Below the pieces are notes generated by a model that saw nothing but the letters and a program-made list of their open reading frames with translations, ran no database searches and was not told where the DNA came from. Positions 11,466-21,093 of a stretch of 64,000 nucleotides of DNA are shown here, piece after piece. Made by a program: the position numbers and the translations under genes. This DNA is from Clostridiaceae bacterium. GTDB lineage: Bacteria; Bacillota; Clostridia; TANB77; CAG-508. The stretch spans positions 8,482 through 72,481 of the forward strand of contig JAETPW010000005.1 in NCBI GenBank assembly GCA_021771025.1. Direction: 5' to 3'. The first letter of the stretch is position 1. Each line of letters opens with the position of its first letter.

Positions 11466-11725
11466 AGTATATACTAAATAAAAACAATTGCGTTAGCACA
11501 ATGCAAAGCCATTAGAAATTACGGAAAGAGAAAAAAGGTTACCAGCTGAAAGCCTTTTACGGTCAACCTAATTGGTGAAACACATTGGAGCAATCAAAAT
11601 AAAGTGGAAAATTATTTTTATCTTTCTTATCTCGTAAGTAAAAAAAAAATAATTTTCAAGCTGGGTGGTACCGCGGAAAATATTTCGTCCCTGCATAGAG
11701 CAGAGGGCGTTTTTTGTTTTTCCTC
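11466..11725 (+). promoter_or_regulatory. T-box riboswitch leader (tRNA-sensing) with intrinsic terminator, upstream of aspS
   Basis: T-box motif AGCUGGGUGGUACCGCGG at ~11660-11678, followed by a hairpin and the run GTTTTTTGTTTTT. Confidence 0.6.
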
Positions 11726-11902
11726 TGGGGGAGGTAGTGGTATCATCTTTAAGCAAATTTATATCTGACAGTTCCCGAAGACCCGCGTTAGGCTTAAAAT
11801 CCGATAACAGGCTTCCTTGTGAGGGACTTAAGGATTTTAACATGACCCTGCTATGGAAGGTTAAATTTGCTTAAAGATGATACCACTACCTCCCCTAGAG
11901 GA
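11722..11902. repeat. 181-bp palindromic element (39-bp near-perfect terminal inverted arms) inserted between the T-box terminator and the aspS RBS
   Basis: Left arm CCTCTGGGGGAGGTAGTGGTATCATCTTTAAGCAAATTT, right arm is its reverse complement (38/39). The internal ~75-nt core recurs at ~29140-29215. Confidence 0.6.
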
Positions 11903-11943
11903 AAAATAAAAAATGCACCTCAGAAAACAGGAGGTAGAAAAAA

Positions 11944-13701
11944 ATGAAAGAGTACAGAACAAAAACCTGTAATGAAATTGGCCTAAAAGATGTAGGTCAA
12001 AAAGTAAGAATTGCCGGATGGGTACAAACCATTCGAGATTTAGGAGGGTTAGTTTTTTTAGACATTTGTGATAGTGAAGGAATTACCCAAGTAGTTACTT
12101 CCGGAAAACCAGAAGAGGTAGACTTTGTTTCCCATATTCCTACTCAATCTACAGTCACTATATACGGAACCGTAAAACAAAGAGACGAAGAAACCATCAA
12201 TCCCAAAATCAAAACAGGATTAGTAGAAATTCGTATAGAAGAAATTACTATCTTAGGAAAACGAACCTTAAACTTACCCTTTGAAGTAAATACTGACCAA
12301 GAAGTGCGCGAAGATTTACGCCTTGAGTATCGATATTTAGATTTACGTGGAGAAAAATTAAAAAACAATTTAAAAATGCGAGCAAATGTGATACAATACC
12401 TTCGTAACCAAATGATTAGCCAAGGATTTTTAGAGGTACAAACGCCAATCTTAACCAGTTCATCGCCCGAAGGAGCTAGAGACTACTTAGTACCAAGCCG
12501 TTTGCATCCCGGAAAATTTTATGCACTTCCTCAAGCACCCCAACAATTTAAACAACTACTTATGGTATCAGGAATAGATCGCTATTTTCAAATAGCACCA
12601 TGTTTCCGTGATGAAGATGCAAGGCTAGATAGAGCACCTGGGGAATTTTATCAATTAGACATTGAAATGAGCTTTGCTAACCAAGAAGATGTTTTTTCAG
12701 TCATTGAGCCAGTTATGGTAAGTACCTTTGAAACATTTTCAGAAAAAACAATCGTGCAAAAGCCATTTCCCAGAATCACGTATCAAGAAGCCATCAATAG
12801 CTATGGAACAGACAAGCCAGACTTACGTAATCCATTAATCATTGTAGATGCTACCGATATTTTTCAAGAACTAGAATTAAAAGCATTCCAAAACCAAATT
12901 GTTCGTATTATTGCCACTCACGATGTAGCAGATAAACCAAGAAGTTTTTTTGAAGGAATGACAGACTATGCTATAACAAAGTTAAAAGCAAAAGGACTAG
13001 CTTGGCTTCGTATCCAAGAAGACAGAACCTTTCAAGGGCCAATAGCAAAATTTATTACCGAAGAGGCAAAAGAAGAACTATTAAGAAGAACCAATACCAA
13101 GCCAGGAGACTGTCTATTCTTTATCGCAGAAAAAGCAGGGATAGTAGAGCCATTAGCAGGAGAAATCCGAACAGAATTAGGAAAACGACTATCCTTAATC
13201 GACCCAAACACATTTGCTTTTGCTTGGATCGTGGACTTTCCTATGTTCGAATTAGATGACAAAGGAAAACTAGCCTTTAGTCACAACCCCTTTTCTATGC
13301 CACAAGGAGGACTAGAGGCCTTAGAAAACCAAGATCCATTAACCATTTTAGCGTATCAATATGACCTAGTCTGCAATGGAATTGAATTATCATCAGGAGC
13401 GGTACGTAATCACGATATAAGGATCATGGTAAAAGCTTTTCAAATGGCAGGGTACACAGAAGAAGAAGTCAAAACAAAATTTGGAGCATTATACACTGCC
13501 TTCCAATATGGAGCCCCACCACATGCAGGAATTGCACCGGGAATAGATCGAATCATCATGTTATTAGCAGAAGCAGACAACATTCGAGAGGTTATTGCCT
13601 TTCCTCTAAACAGCAAAGCACAAGACTTAATGATGGGAGCACCAAGTATGGTAAGACGCGAACAATTAAGAGATGTTCACCTTGATGTGAGAATGCGCTA
13701 A
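11944..13701 (+). CDS. aspS: Aspartyl-tRNA synthetase
   Basis: Class II aaRS motifs, FRDEDxRxDR and GGAPPHAGIAPGIDR. Confidence 0.95.
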   Translation: MKEYRTKTCNEIGLKDVGQKVRIAGWVQTIRDLGGLVFLDICDSEGITQVVTSGKPEEVDFVSHIPTQSTVTIYGTVKQRDEETINPKIKTGLVEIRIEEITILGKRTLNLPFEVNTDQEVREDLRLEYRYLDLRGEKLKNNLKMRANVIQYLRNQMISQGFLEVQTPILTSSSPEGARDYLVPSRLHPGKFYALPQAPQQFKQLLMVSGIDRYFQIAPCFRDEDARLDRAPGEFYQLDIEMSFANQEDVFSVIEPVMVSTFETFSEKTIVQKPFPRITYQEAINSYGTDKPDLRNPLIIVDATDIFQELELKAFQNQIVRIIATHDVADKPRSFFEGMTDYAITKLKAKGLAWLRIQEDRTFQGPIAKFITEEAKEELLRRTNTKPGDCLFFIAEKAGIVEPLAGEIRTELGKRLSLIDPNTFAFAWIVDFPMFELDDKGKLAFSHNPFSMPQGGLEALENQDPLTILAYQYDLVCNGIELSSGAVRNHDIRIMVKAFQMAGYTEEEVKTKFGALYTAFQYGAPPHAGIAPGIDRIIMLLAEADNIREVIAFPLNSKAQDLMMGAPSMVRREQLRDVHLDVRMR

Positions 13702-13757
13702 AAAGGTCAGACCTTATCAGCGCATAGCCTCACTAGACCAAAAAAATAAGATAGGAG

Positions 13758-14054
13758 ATGAATTTTATGCAAGTCAGTAAAGAAGAAATCAGACATATTG
13801 CCAATTTAGCCGATTTAATCATAGAGGAGGAAGAAATGGATTCCTATGTATTAAATTTACAAGATATTTTAACTTTTGCTAATATCGTTAATGAGGCACC
13901 AGTACAAGGTCTTGATATTACGATAGGAACGAATGAAGCAGAAGATGTATTTAGAAAAGATGAAGTTAAGGCATTTTCGGATACGCAAGCACTTTTACAA
14001 AATGCACCAGAACAAGAGCAAAATATGTTCAAAATACCAAAAGTAATTAATTAA
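13758..14054 (+). CDS. gatC: Glu/Asp-tRNA amidotransferase subunit C
   Basis: Small acidic protein immediately upstream of gatA/gatB. Confidence 0.8.
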   Translation: MNFMQVSKEEIRHIANLADLIIEEEEMDSYVLNLQDILTFANIVNEAPVQGLDITIGTNEAEDVFRKDEVKAFSDTQALLQNAPEQEQNMFKIPKVIN

Positions 14055-14100
14055 TATCCCAAACAGAAACGTCCCAAAAAGGAGAAAAGGAGGAAAAAAC

Positions 14101-15570
14101 ATGGAGATTACCGAATTAACGGTTCACGAATTACAAGAAAAATTAAAAAAACAAGAAATTACCATTACTGAAATTGTTGGTGCTTATGCCAAAAGAATAG
14201 AAGAAAAGGAACCAGAGGTTCAAAGTTTTGTCACCACATTAATAGAAGAGGCCAAAAAGCAAGCTAAAGAAATAGAAGAAAAAGTAAAATCTGGAGAGAT
14301 AACAAGTGATTTTGCTGGTATTCCTATTGGCATAAAAGACAATTTATGCACCAAAGGAGTGAGAACTACTTGTAGTTCTCGTATGTTAGAGAATTTTGTT
14401 GCTCCGTATGATGCTACAGTAGTAGAAAAATTAAACCAAGAAAATATGATCGACTTAGGAAAATTAAATATGGACGAATTTGCTATGGGAGGATCAACAG
14501 AATATTCCTATTTCAAAAAAACCAAAAACCCATGGAATTTAAGCAAAGTACCTGGGGGATCATCAGGAGGAAGTGCTGCAGCAGTAGCAGCAGGTTTAGT
14601 TCCTTGGGCTTTAGGGTCAGATACGGGTGGATCCATTAGGCAACCAGCTAGTTTTTGTGGAGTAGTAGGGTTAAAACCAACTTATGGATTAGTTTCTCGT
14701 TATGGATTAGTGGCTTTTGCTTCCTCTTTAGACCAAGTTGGACCAATTACCAAAGACGTAAGAGATTCAGCCATGTTACTAAATCTAATTGCAGGGCATG
14801 ACGAAAAAGATACGACATCGGCAAAACGAGAAAAAATAGATTATACCAAATGCTTGACTCAAGATATAAAGGGCTTAAAAATAGGTGTTCCTAAAGAATT
14901 TTTTGGAGAAGGAATTAATCCTGAAGTAAAAGCTTCTTTAGAAAAAGCAATAGAAACGTATCGCTTGCTAGGTGCTGAAATACGAGAATTTTCATTAGAC
15001 ATTGCCAATTATTCATTAGCTGCTTACTATATCATTGCCTGTGCGGAAGCAAGCTCTAACTTAGGCCGTTTTGATGGAATTCGTTATGGTTATCGTACAC
15101 CTGAATTTAGTGACTTAAAAGAATTGTACAAAAAATCAAGAAGTGAAGGTTTTGGACCAGAAGTAAAACGTAGAATTATGCTAGGAACATATGTGCTTTC
15201 CTCTGGTTATTATGATGCTTATTACAAAAAAGCACAGCAAGTTCGTACATTAGTCATGAATGAATTTAATCAAGGATATAACCAATTTGATGTTATCTTA
15301 ACACCAACATCACCAACGGTTGCTTTTACCATCGGCTCTAAATCAAACAATCCGTTAGAAATGTATTTGTCAGATATTTGTACTGTTTCGGTTAATGTAG
15401 CAGGATTGCCCGCAATTTCTATTCCTTGTGGGGTAGATAAAGAAGGTATGCCAATTGGAATGCAACTTATTGGAAACAAATTTCAAGAAGAAACAATCTT
15501 AAAGGCTGCTTATGCTTATGAACAACAGGTTAATTTTAGAGAACAATATAAACCACAATTTAAATCTTAA
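14101..15570 (+). CDS. gatA: Glu/Asp-tRNA amidotransferase subunit A (amidase)
   Basis: Amidase signature [14 protein letters not shown]...[12 protein letters not shown]. Confidence 0.95.
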   Translation: MEITELTVHELQEKLKKQEITITEIVGAYAKRIEEKEPEVQSFVTTLIEEAKKQAKEIEEKVKSGEITSDFAGIPIGIKDNLCTKGVRTTCSSRMLENFVAPYDATVVEKLNQENMIDLGKLNMDEFAMGGSTEYSYFKKTKNPWNLSKVPGGSSGGSAAAVAAGLVPWALGSDTGGSIRQPASFCGVVGLKPTYGLVSRYGLVAFASSLDQVGPITKDVRDSAMLLNLIAGHDEKDTTSAKREKIDYTKCLTQDIKGLKIGVPKEFFGEGINPEVKASLEKAIETYRLLGAEIREFSLDIANYSLAAYYIIACAEASSNLGRFDGIRYGYRTPEFSDLKELYKKSRSEGFGPEVKRRIMLGTYVLSSGYYDAYYKKAQQVRTLVMNEFNQGYNQFDVILTPTSPTVAFTIGSKSNNPLEMYLSDICTVSVNVAGLPAISIPCGVDKEGMPIGMQLIGNKFQEETILKAAYAYEQQVNFREQYKPQFKS

Positions 15571-15835
15571 ATAGATAACCTTAACTTATTCAAAAAGAAA
15601 GAATAAGTTTGACAGAAAAAATTTTTCATTACTAAGAGTATCTTTTAAAGTAAGGTGAGAAGTAATGAAATTTAAAATAGATAAAGCATATAAGATTAAT
15701 TCATAAAAATGATCTAACAACTAAAATCTCAAAGAAATAATTTTTAAAAAAGTTTCGAAAAAAACATGAATCGATGAGTTTAAAGAATGTTAATGAATAA
15801 ACATCGATTGAATGATCGAATAAGGAGGAACATCA

Positions 15836-17275
15836 ATGTCAAAAGAAGATTATGAAATTGTTATGGGGCTAGAAGTTCATGCTGAACTATCAACCAAAAC
15901 AAAAATATTCTGTTCTTGTCCAACCGGATTTGGAGCAGAACCTAACACACACACTTGTCCTATCTGTATGGCCATGCCGGGAACTCTACCAGTGTTAAAC
16001 GAAAAAGTAGTAGAATATGCCGTAAAAGCTGGGTTTGCTACGAACTGTGAAATTGCTCGTCACAGCAAAAATGATCGCAAAAACTATTTTTATCCAGACT
16101 TACCAAAAGCCTATCAAATATCTCAGTTTGACAAGCCACTTTGTGAACATGGATACGTAGAAATTGAAACAGAAGAAGGAAAAAAGAAAATTCGTTTAAC
16201 CAGAATTCACATTGAAGAAGATGCCGGAAAATTAAATCATGACGAATATTCAGGAGGAAGCCTAGTAGATCTTAACCGTGCAGGGGTTCCTTTAATTGAA
16301 ATTGTATCAGAACCAGATATACGTAGTGCTAAGGAAGCGGAAACATACTTGCGTAAATTAAAATCAATTTTAGAATACATTGAAGTTTCCGATTGTAAAA
16401 TGCAAGAAGGTTCACTTCGTGCCGATGTCAATGTTTCTGTACGCAAAAAAGGAGATCCCAAATTAGGAACACGTACAGAAATGAAAAACATGAACTCATT
16501 CCGTAGTATTGCTAGGGCCATTAGATATGAAGCACAAAGACAAATAGATGTACTAAAAGAAGGAGGAAAAATCGAACAAGAAACCTTGCGTTGGGATGAT
16601 GTATCAGGAAGAACATTTTCCATGAGAGACAAAGAAGATGCCCAAGACTATCGCTATTTTCCAGACCCAGACTTAGTGGCAATTCATTTAACTGATGAAT
16701 ATATAAGCAAAATAAGAGAAACACTACCAGAACTACCAGAAACAAGAAAAAAACGTTACTTAGAAGAATATGGACTAAGCCAAAAAGACGCTAATTTAAT
16801 CTCATCATCAAAATATTTAGCTGACCTATTTGAAAAAGCAAGCCAAGAATCAGGAAATCCAAAAGCCGTTAACAATTGGATCATTTCAGATATTTCTCGT
16901 ATATTAAACGAAACTGAGAGCGAACCAATTGAAATTCCATTTGACAGCCATCAATTAGCTAAACTCGTTATGCTAATCGATAAAGGAACCATCAGTTCTA
17001 GTATAGGAAAAAAAGTACTAGTAGAATTATTTGAAAAGCCAAGAGACCCAGAAGACATTATCGCCGAAAAAGGATGGGTACAAATTTCTGACGAAGGAGC
17101 AATCTTAGCAGTAGTTACCCAAATCTTAGAGCAAAACCCACAATCCATAGCCGACTATAAAGCAGGAAAAGACCGTGCATTAGGATTCTTAGTGGGGCAA
17201 GCCATGAAACAAACAAAAGGAAAAGCAAACCCAAAAATGTTAAACGAAATGTTCTTAAAAGAATTGACCAAATAG
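15836..17275 (+). CDS. gatB: Glu/Asp-tRNA amidotransferase subunit B
   Basis: MSKEDYEIVMGLEVHAELSTKTKIFC... Confidence 0.95.
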   Translation: MSKEDYEIVMGLEVHAELSTKTKIFCSCPTGFGAEPNTHTCPICMAMPGTLPVLNEKVVEYAVKAGFATNCEIARHSKNDRKNYFYPDLPKAYQISQFDKPLCEHGYVEIETEEGKKKIRLTRIHIEEDAGKLNHDEYSGGSLVDLNRAGVPLIEIVSEPDIRSAKEAETYLRKLKSILEYIEVSDCKMQEGSLRADVNVSVRKKGDPKLGTRTEMKNMNSFRSIARAIRYEAQRQIDVLKEGGKIEQETLRWDDVSGRTFSMRDKEDAQDYRYFPDPDLVAIHLTDEYISKIRETLPELPETRKKRYLEEYGLSQKDANLISSSKYLADLFEKASQESGNPKAVNNWIISDISRILNETESEPIEIPFDSHQLAKLVMLIDKGTISSSIGKKVLVELFEKPRDPEDIIAEKGWVQISDEGAILAVVTQILEQNPQSIADYKAGKDRALGFLVGQAMKQTKGKANPKMLNEMFLKELTK

Positions 17276-17523
17276 GGACGTTTCTGTTTGGGACAATGTC
17301 CAATGGGGGACGGGTACATTTTGGACAATCTGTTTCAGCAATTAACAAAAATACTATTAATTCGATAAAACTAGTTAAGAAATCGCATAACTCAAATCCC
17401 CTTTGTACTAATCTATAGCAATACTTTATAAGTAGATAGTATTCAATCGAATAAACCAAAAAAGAGAGGGTGTCCATGATAGGATATCCTCTTGTTGGTC
17501 TTGATTCAATTAATTTGTCCACA

Positions 17524-17784
17524 TTAAACAAGCTGTTTTTTAATGCCATCCGTAACAAAAGCACACACAATAAACTCTATGCCAAAAATAAGACTTAAAC
17601 GGAATAAATTAATTCCTATGGCATAAAGAAATGGACTTGCAATAAGGAAGTCATAGACTAGTAGTAAGAATAAAGAAGCAAGGCAAAGTCCGAAACAAAA
17701 TTTTAAGCCATTATTCATGATAGTATGTGTTATTTTTTCGAAGTTATGAATTGTATTTTTAATTTTATGTACCATATGTATCAC
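17524..17784 (-). CDS. Small hypothetical membrane protein
   Basis: 86-aa ORF with two TM helices; low confidence. Confidence 0.25.
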   Translation of the reverse strand: MIHMVHKIKNTIHNFEKITHTIMNNGLKFCFGLCLASLFLLLVYDFLIASPFLYAIGINLFRLSLIFGIEFIVCAFVTDGIKKQLV

Positions 17785-17928
17785 CTATTATTATTTTATC
17801 ATCGTTTGAGTGATGAAACAATGGAAATATTAACCAGTTATTTTTGCATATAAATTATGTTAATTCTGGCAATTGGGTTGCGAACGTAGTCTGCCATATG
17901 GTATAATATAAGAGAAAGTTGTTGAAAG

Positions 17929-18174
17929 ATGGGTAAAGGAGGAAGTATGGAACGACCAAAAAATTTTGTGGAGTTTAAACATTTTTATAGGTTAAACTTC
18001 AGCTCACTTGAAAATGCAAAAGAATATTACAAAAATGTGAGAAAATCTTTTCCGCATTTTTGTGATTGCAGGAACGAGGAACAAATGTATTGGAAAAGTA
18101 GATTTATCTACTTTCCAAAAAGTATAATTGGAAAGGAAGAATTAATACAGCTAGTCATAGAATGGAAGAATTAA
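17929..18174 (+). CDS. Hypothetical small protein whose 3' end lies in a ~31-bp tandem duplication
   Basis: Promoter-like TTGCGA-18-TATAAT upstream; tandem units at ~18137-18199. Confidence 0.3.
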   Translation: MGKGGSMERPKNFVEFKHFYRLNFSSLENAKEYYKNVRKSFPHFCDCRNEEQMYWKSRFIYFPKSIIGKEELIQLVIEWKN

Positions 18175-18309
18175 TACAGTTAGTCAATAGAATGGAAGAA
18201 TTGTATTAGCTTACTGTAACTATTAACTTTTTAAAACCCATCAAAAACACACCCTGTGGAGAATTCCACAGGGTCTTTTCATAAAAACTATGCATAATTT
18301 TTATTTTGC

Positions 18310-18576
18310 TTAAGCAATAGCTGCATTTAATTTTTTTGCTAAATTTGATTTTTTTCTAGCTGCTGTGTTTTTTACGATAACACCTTTGGTACAAGCTTGA
18401 TCAATTTTCTTGGTTGCTTCAGAAAATAATTTTTTTGCTTCTTCCATGTTACCAGATTCTAATGCTTGTTCAAAACTTTTAATGGTTGTTTTATAACCAG
18501 ATTTTATCATATTATTACGTAAAGTTTTCTTTTCGATAACCTTTACTCTCTTTTTAGCAGATTTAATATTTGGCAT
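18310..18576 (-). CDS. rpsT: 30S ribosomal protein S20
   Basis: [13 protein letters not shown]... Confidence 0.9.
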   Translation of the reverse strand: MPNIKSAKKRVKVIEKKTLRNNMIKSGYKTTIKSFEQALESGNMEEAKKLFSEATKKIDQACTKGVIVKNTAARKKSNLAKKLNAAIA

Positions 18577-18753
18577 GTTAGCACCTCCTCTTAGTCTTTA
18601 TTACACTATAACATAAGACATTCTACCATATTTTTTTTCGTTTGGCAAGTATTTACAAAAAATTTACAAGGAAATTTCTCATTTTTCTTGTAATATCAGG
18701 ATAGTTATGGTATAGTGAGTAAGAAAAAAAGCAAAAGAAATGGAGTGATCATC

Positions 18754-19200
18754 ATGATAGCAATTGGAGCAGATCATGGAGGATACCGATTAAAAGAAGA
18801 AATAAAAAAATATTTCACGGAAAAAGAAATTCCTTACCTAGATGTAGGAACAGACAGTGAGGAGAGAACCGACTACCCGATTTATGCTAGCCTTGTAGCA
18901 GAAGCCATTCAAAATGGACAAGCAGATCAAGGGATTTTATTATGTCGTTCAGGATATGGAATGACGGTAGTTGCTAACAAATATAAAGGCATACGAGCCG
19001 CATCTATTTCTGATGAAGAATCAGCCAAATTTGCTAAAGCAGATGACGACATCAATGTTATCACATTAGGAGGAGATTACCTTTCCCTTAACCAAGCCAT
19101 TTGCATTATTCGTAATTGGTTAGGAACCGAATTTAAAGGAGGAAGATACCAAGAACGCTTAAGACTGGTAGAAGAAATAGAAAACAAAAATATGAAATAA
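18754..19200 (+). CDS. rpiB: Ribose-5-phosphate isomerase B (RpiB/LacAB family)
   Basis: MIAIGADHGGYRLKEEI...; the track ORF starts earlier at 18715. Confidence 0.85.
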   Translation: MIAIGADHGGYRLKEEIKKYFTEKEIPYLDVGTDSEERTDYPIYASLVAEAIQNGQADQGILLCRSGYGMTVVANKYKGIRAASISDEESAKFAKADDDINVITLGGDYLSLNQAICIIRNWLGTEFKGGRYQERLRLVEEIENKNMK

Positions 19201-19217
19201 AATAGGAGGAATGTCTT

Positions 19218-20453
19218 ATGTGGGGAGATATTGCCATTGCGTTTATCTTAGCATTTGTTGTTACCTTTGTCACAACACCCTATACGATAAAAATAGCTAA
19301 AAAAGTAGGAGCAGTAGATATTCCAAAAGATGAAAGAAGAATGCACAAAAAATCCATGCCAAAATTTGGTGGACCAGCGGTTATTATCGGTTTTTTAGTT
19401 TCCGCTATTTACCTATTAATCGTACTTAGTTTAGAGCATTCCATAAATTTATTTAATGTAGATCAATACGGCAAAAAACTACTCGGTTTTTTACTGGGAA
19501 TCTTAGTTATAGCAGCCTTTTGTATAGTAGATGATATCAAAACCATAAAACCAATCACTAAATTAATTGGTCAATTATTAGGAGCAATCATTGTAGTAGC
19601 ATCAGGTATACGAATTGAAGGAATAACTTTACCATTCTTCAATTTTCCTGAAATTCATCAAATTACATCAATTATCATTACACTAATATGGATTATCATC
19701 GTCACCAATGCCATTAACTTAATTGATGGGCTAGATGGACTATCATCAGGAATATCAGTAATATCAGCAGTTTCTTTAATGATTATCTTTGTTCTTAATG
19801 GTTCATCTATGGTATCGGTTATTTTAATCACAGCATTAGCAGGAGCCCTTGTTGGATTTTTACCCTTTAACTTTGCCCCTGCCAAAACCTTTATTGGAGA
19901 CACCGGCTCAAACTTTTTAGGATTTGCCCTAGCCATCATTTCCATTTTAGGCTCAGCAAAAACCTACACAGCAGCAGTCATCGTATTACCATTAATCGTA
20001 TTAGGACTACCAATCTTTGACACGATGATGGCAATCATCAGAAGAATCATCAAAGGAAAATCCCTAAAAGCAGTATTTAAAGCAGACAAAGGGCACTTAC
20101 ATCATCGAATTGTAGCCAGAGGATTTAGCCAAAAACAAGCCGTATTAATCTTATACGGAATCAGTGCAATATTTGGCATATTTGCTGTCATCTTAACCGA
20201 TAGTGGAATTTGGAAAGCTCTTTCTTTCCTACTTATCGTCATTGTAGCCATAGCCGTAGGGTACAAAAACTTTTCCCCAGAAAAAACAGGAAAAGAACGA
20301 TACGAGTGTGTACAATGCAAATACATCTATAACCCAAAATTCGGCAATGAAAAAGCAGGAATCAAGCCGGGAACAACTTTTGATGAACTTCCAGATGATT
20401 GGGTATGTCCTGTTTGTGGTGAAGGAAAAGATATGTTTGAACTTCACGAATAG
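19218..20453 (+). CDS. GT4 family undecaprenyl-phosphate GlcNAc-1-phosphate transferase (WecA/TagO/MraY-like) with C-terminal rubredoxin domain fusion
   Basis: [19 protein letters not shown] and [15 protein letters not shown] motifs; C-terminal [12 protein letters not shown]...[14 protein letters not shown] (2x CxxC rubredoxin). Confidence 0.7.
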   Translation: MWGDIAIAFILAFVVTFVTTPYTIKIAKKVGAVDIPKDERRMHKKSMPKFGGPAVIIGFLVSAIYLLIVLSLEHSINLFNVDQYGKKLLGFLLGILVIAAFCIVDDIKTIKPITKLIGQLLGAIIVVASGIRIEGITLPFFNFPEIHQITSIIITLIWIIIVTNAINLIDGLDGLSSGISVISAVSLMIIFVLNGSSMVSVILITALAGALVGFLPFNFAPAKTFIGDTGSNFLGFALAIISILGSAKTYTAAVIVLPLIVLGLPIFDTMMAIIRRIIKGKSLKAVFKADKGHLHHRIVARGFSQKQAVLILYGISAIFGIFAVILTDSGIWKALSFLLIVIVAIAVGYKNFSPEKTGKERYECVQCKYIYNPKFGNEKAGIKPGTTFDELPDDWVCPVCGEGKDMFELHE

Positions 20454-20456
20454 AGG

Positions 20457-20520
20457 GTTCCCATTTTGGGGACGGGGTAAAAATAGGTAATTTTACCCAT
20501 TTTAGGGACAGGGTCAAAAT
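20457..20520. repeat. REP-like intergenic repeat (TTGGGGACGGGGTAAAA - hairpin - TTAGGGACAGGGT), copy A
   Basis: Near-identical copies at ~40883-40940 and ~49224-49285; variants at ~41075-41128 (inverted), ~17276-17340 and ~14053-14078. Confidence 0.7.
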
Positions 20521-20592
20521 TAAAAGTAACAAAATAAGGTATTAATTTGAACAAAAAAGTCTATATTAAATAAGAAAGGTGAGGTGGATATA

Positions 20593-20748
20593 ATGTACGT
20601 ATGTTTAGCATGTGGATATGTTTACGATCCAGAAAAAGGAGATCCAGATAGTGGGATTGCTCCAGGAACAGCTTTTGAAGATATTCCAGATACATGGGTA
20701 TGTCCAGTATGTGGAGTAGGAAAAGATATGTTTCAAAAACAAGATTAA
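20593..20748 (+). CDS. Rubredoxin (51 aa), not in the ORF track because it is under 60 aa
   Basis: [51 protein letters not shown]; SD GAAAGGTGAGGTGG. Confidence 0.8.
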   Translation: MYVCLACGYVYDPEKGDPDSGIAPGTAFEDIPDTWVCPVCGVGKDMFQKQD

Positions 20749-20924
20749 GTAGAAAAAGAGATAAGAAATTCTTAAGGGTTTCTTATCTCTTTTTTTCAAG
20801 GGAAAAACTACTTTTCAAAAAGAAAATTGTGTGGTATACTATATCCATTCGAAAAGAAAAGGGAACAAAGGGCCAAAAATAATTTTCACCCATCCAGCCT
20901 AGGTAAGCTTTCAAAGTTTACTAA

Positions 20925-21093
20925 TATGAGGAAAGGGGGAATATGTTAGCTTTGAAAGCTGACATATGCTAGGAAATAAGGAGAAAGGATAGAAAATTTT
21001 TTCATCTATCCAGTGTAGGTAAATTTTCAACATTTATCAGTTTTAAGAAGGAGGAAATATGTTGGCTTTAAAGACTAACATATACTAAAAATT
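20925..21093 (+). promoter_or_regulatory. Two tandem copies (~120-bp unit) of an SD + 9-codon uORF + palindrome module directly upstream of 21094
   Basis: GAGGAAAGGGGGAATATGTTAGCTTTGAAAGCTGACATATGCTAG and AAGGAGGAAATATGTTGGCTTTAAAGACTAACATATACTAAaaattATG. Confidence 0.6.

Noticed and set aside
11495-11510. CIRCE-like half-site TTAGCAC in the aspS leader, and TTAGC..GCTAA in the uORF palindromes
   Set aside because: No matching GAGTGCTAA partner at N9 spacing. The palindrome spacing (TTAGC-N7-GCTAA) does not fit the HrcA CIRCE consensus.
11722-11902. Hammerhead or twister self-cleaving ribozyme in the palindromic element
   Set aside because: CUGACAG is present, but the CUGANGA...GAAA core and flanking helices required for a hammerhead are not; no twister motif.
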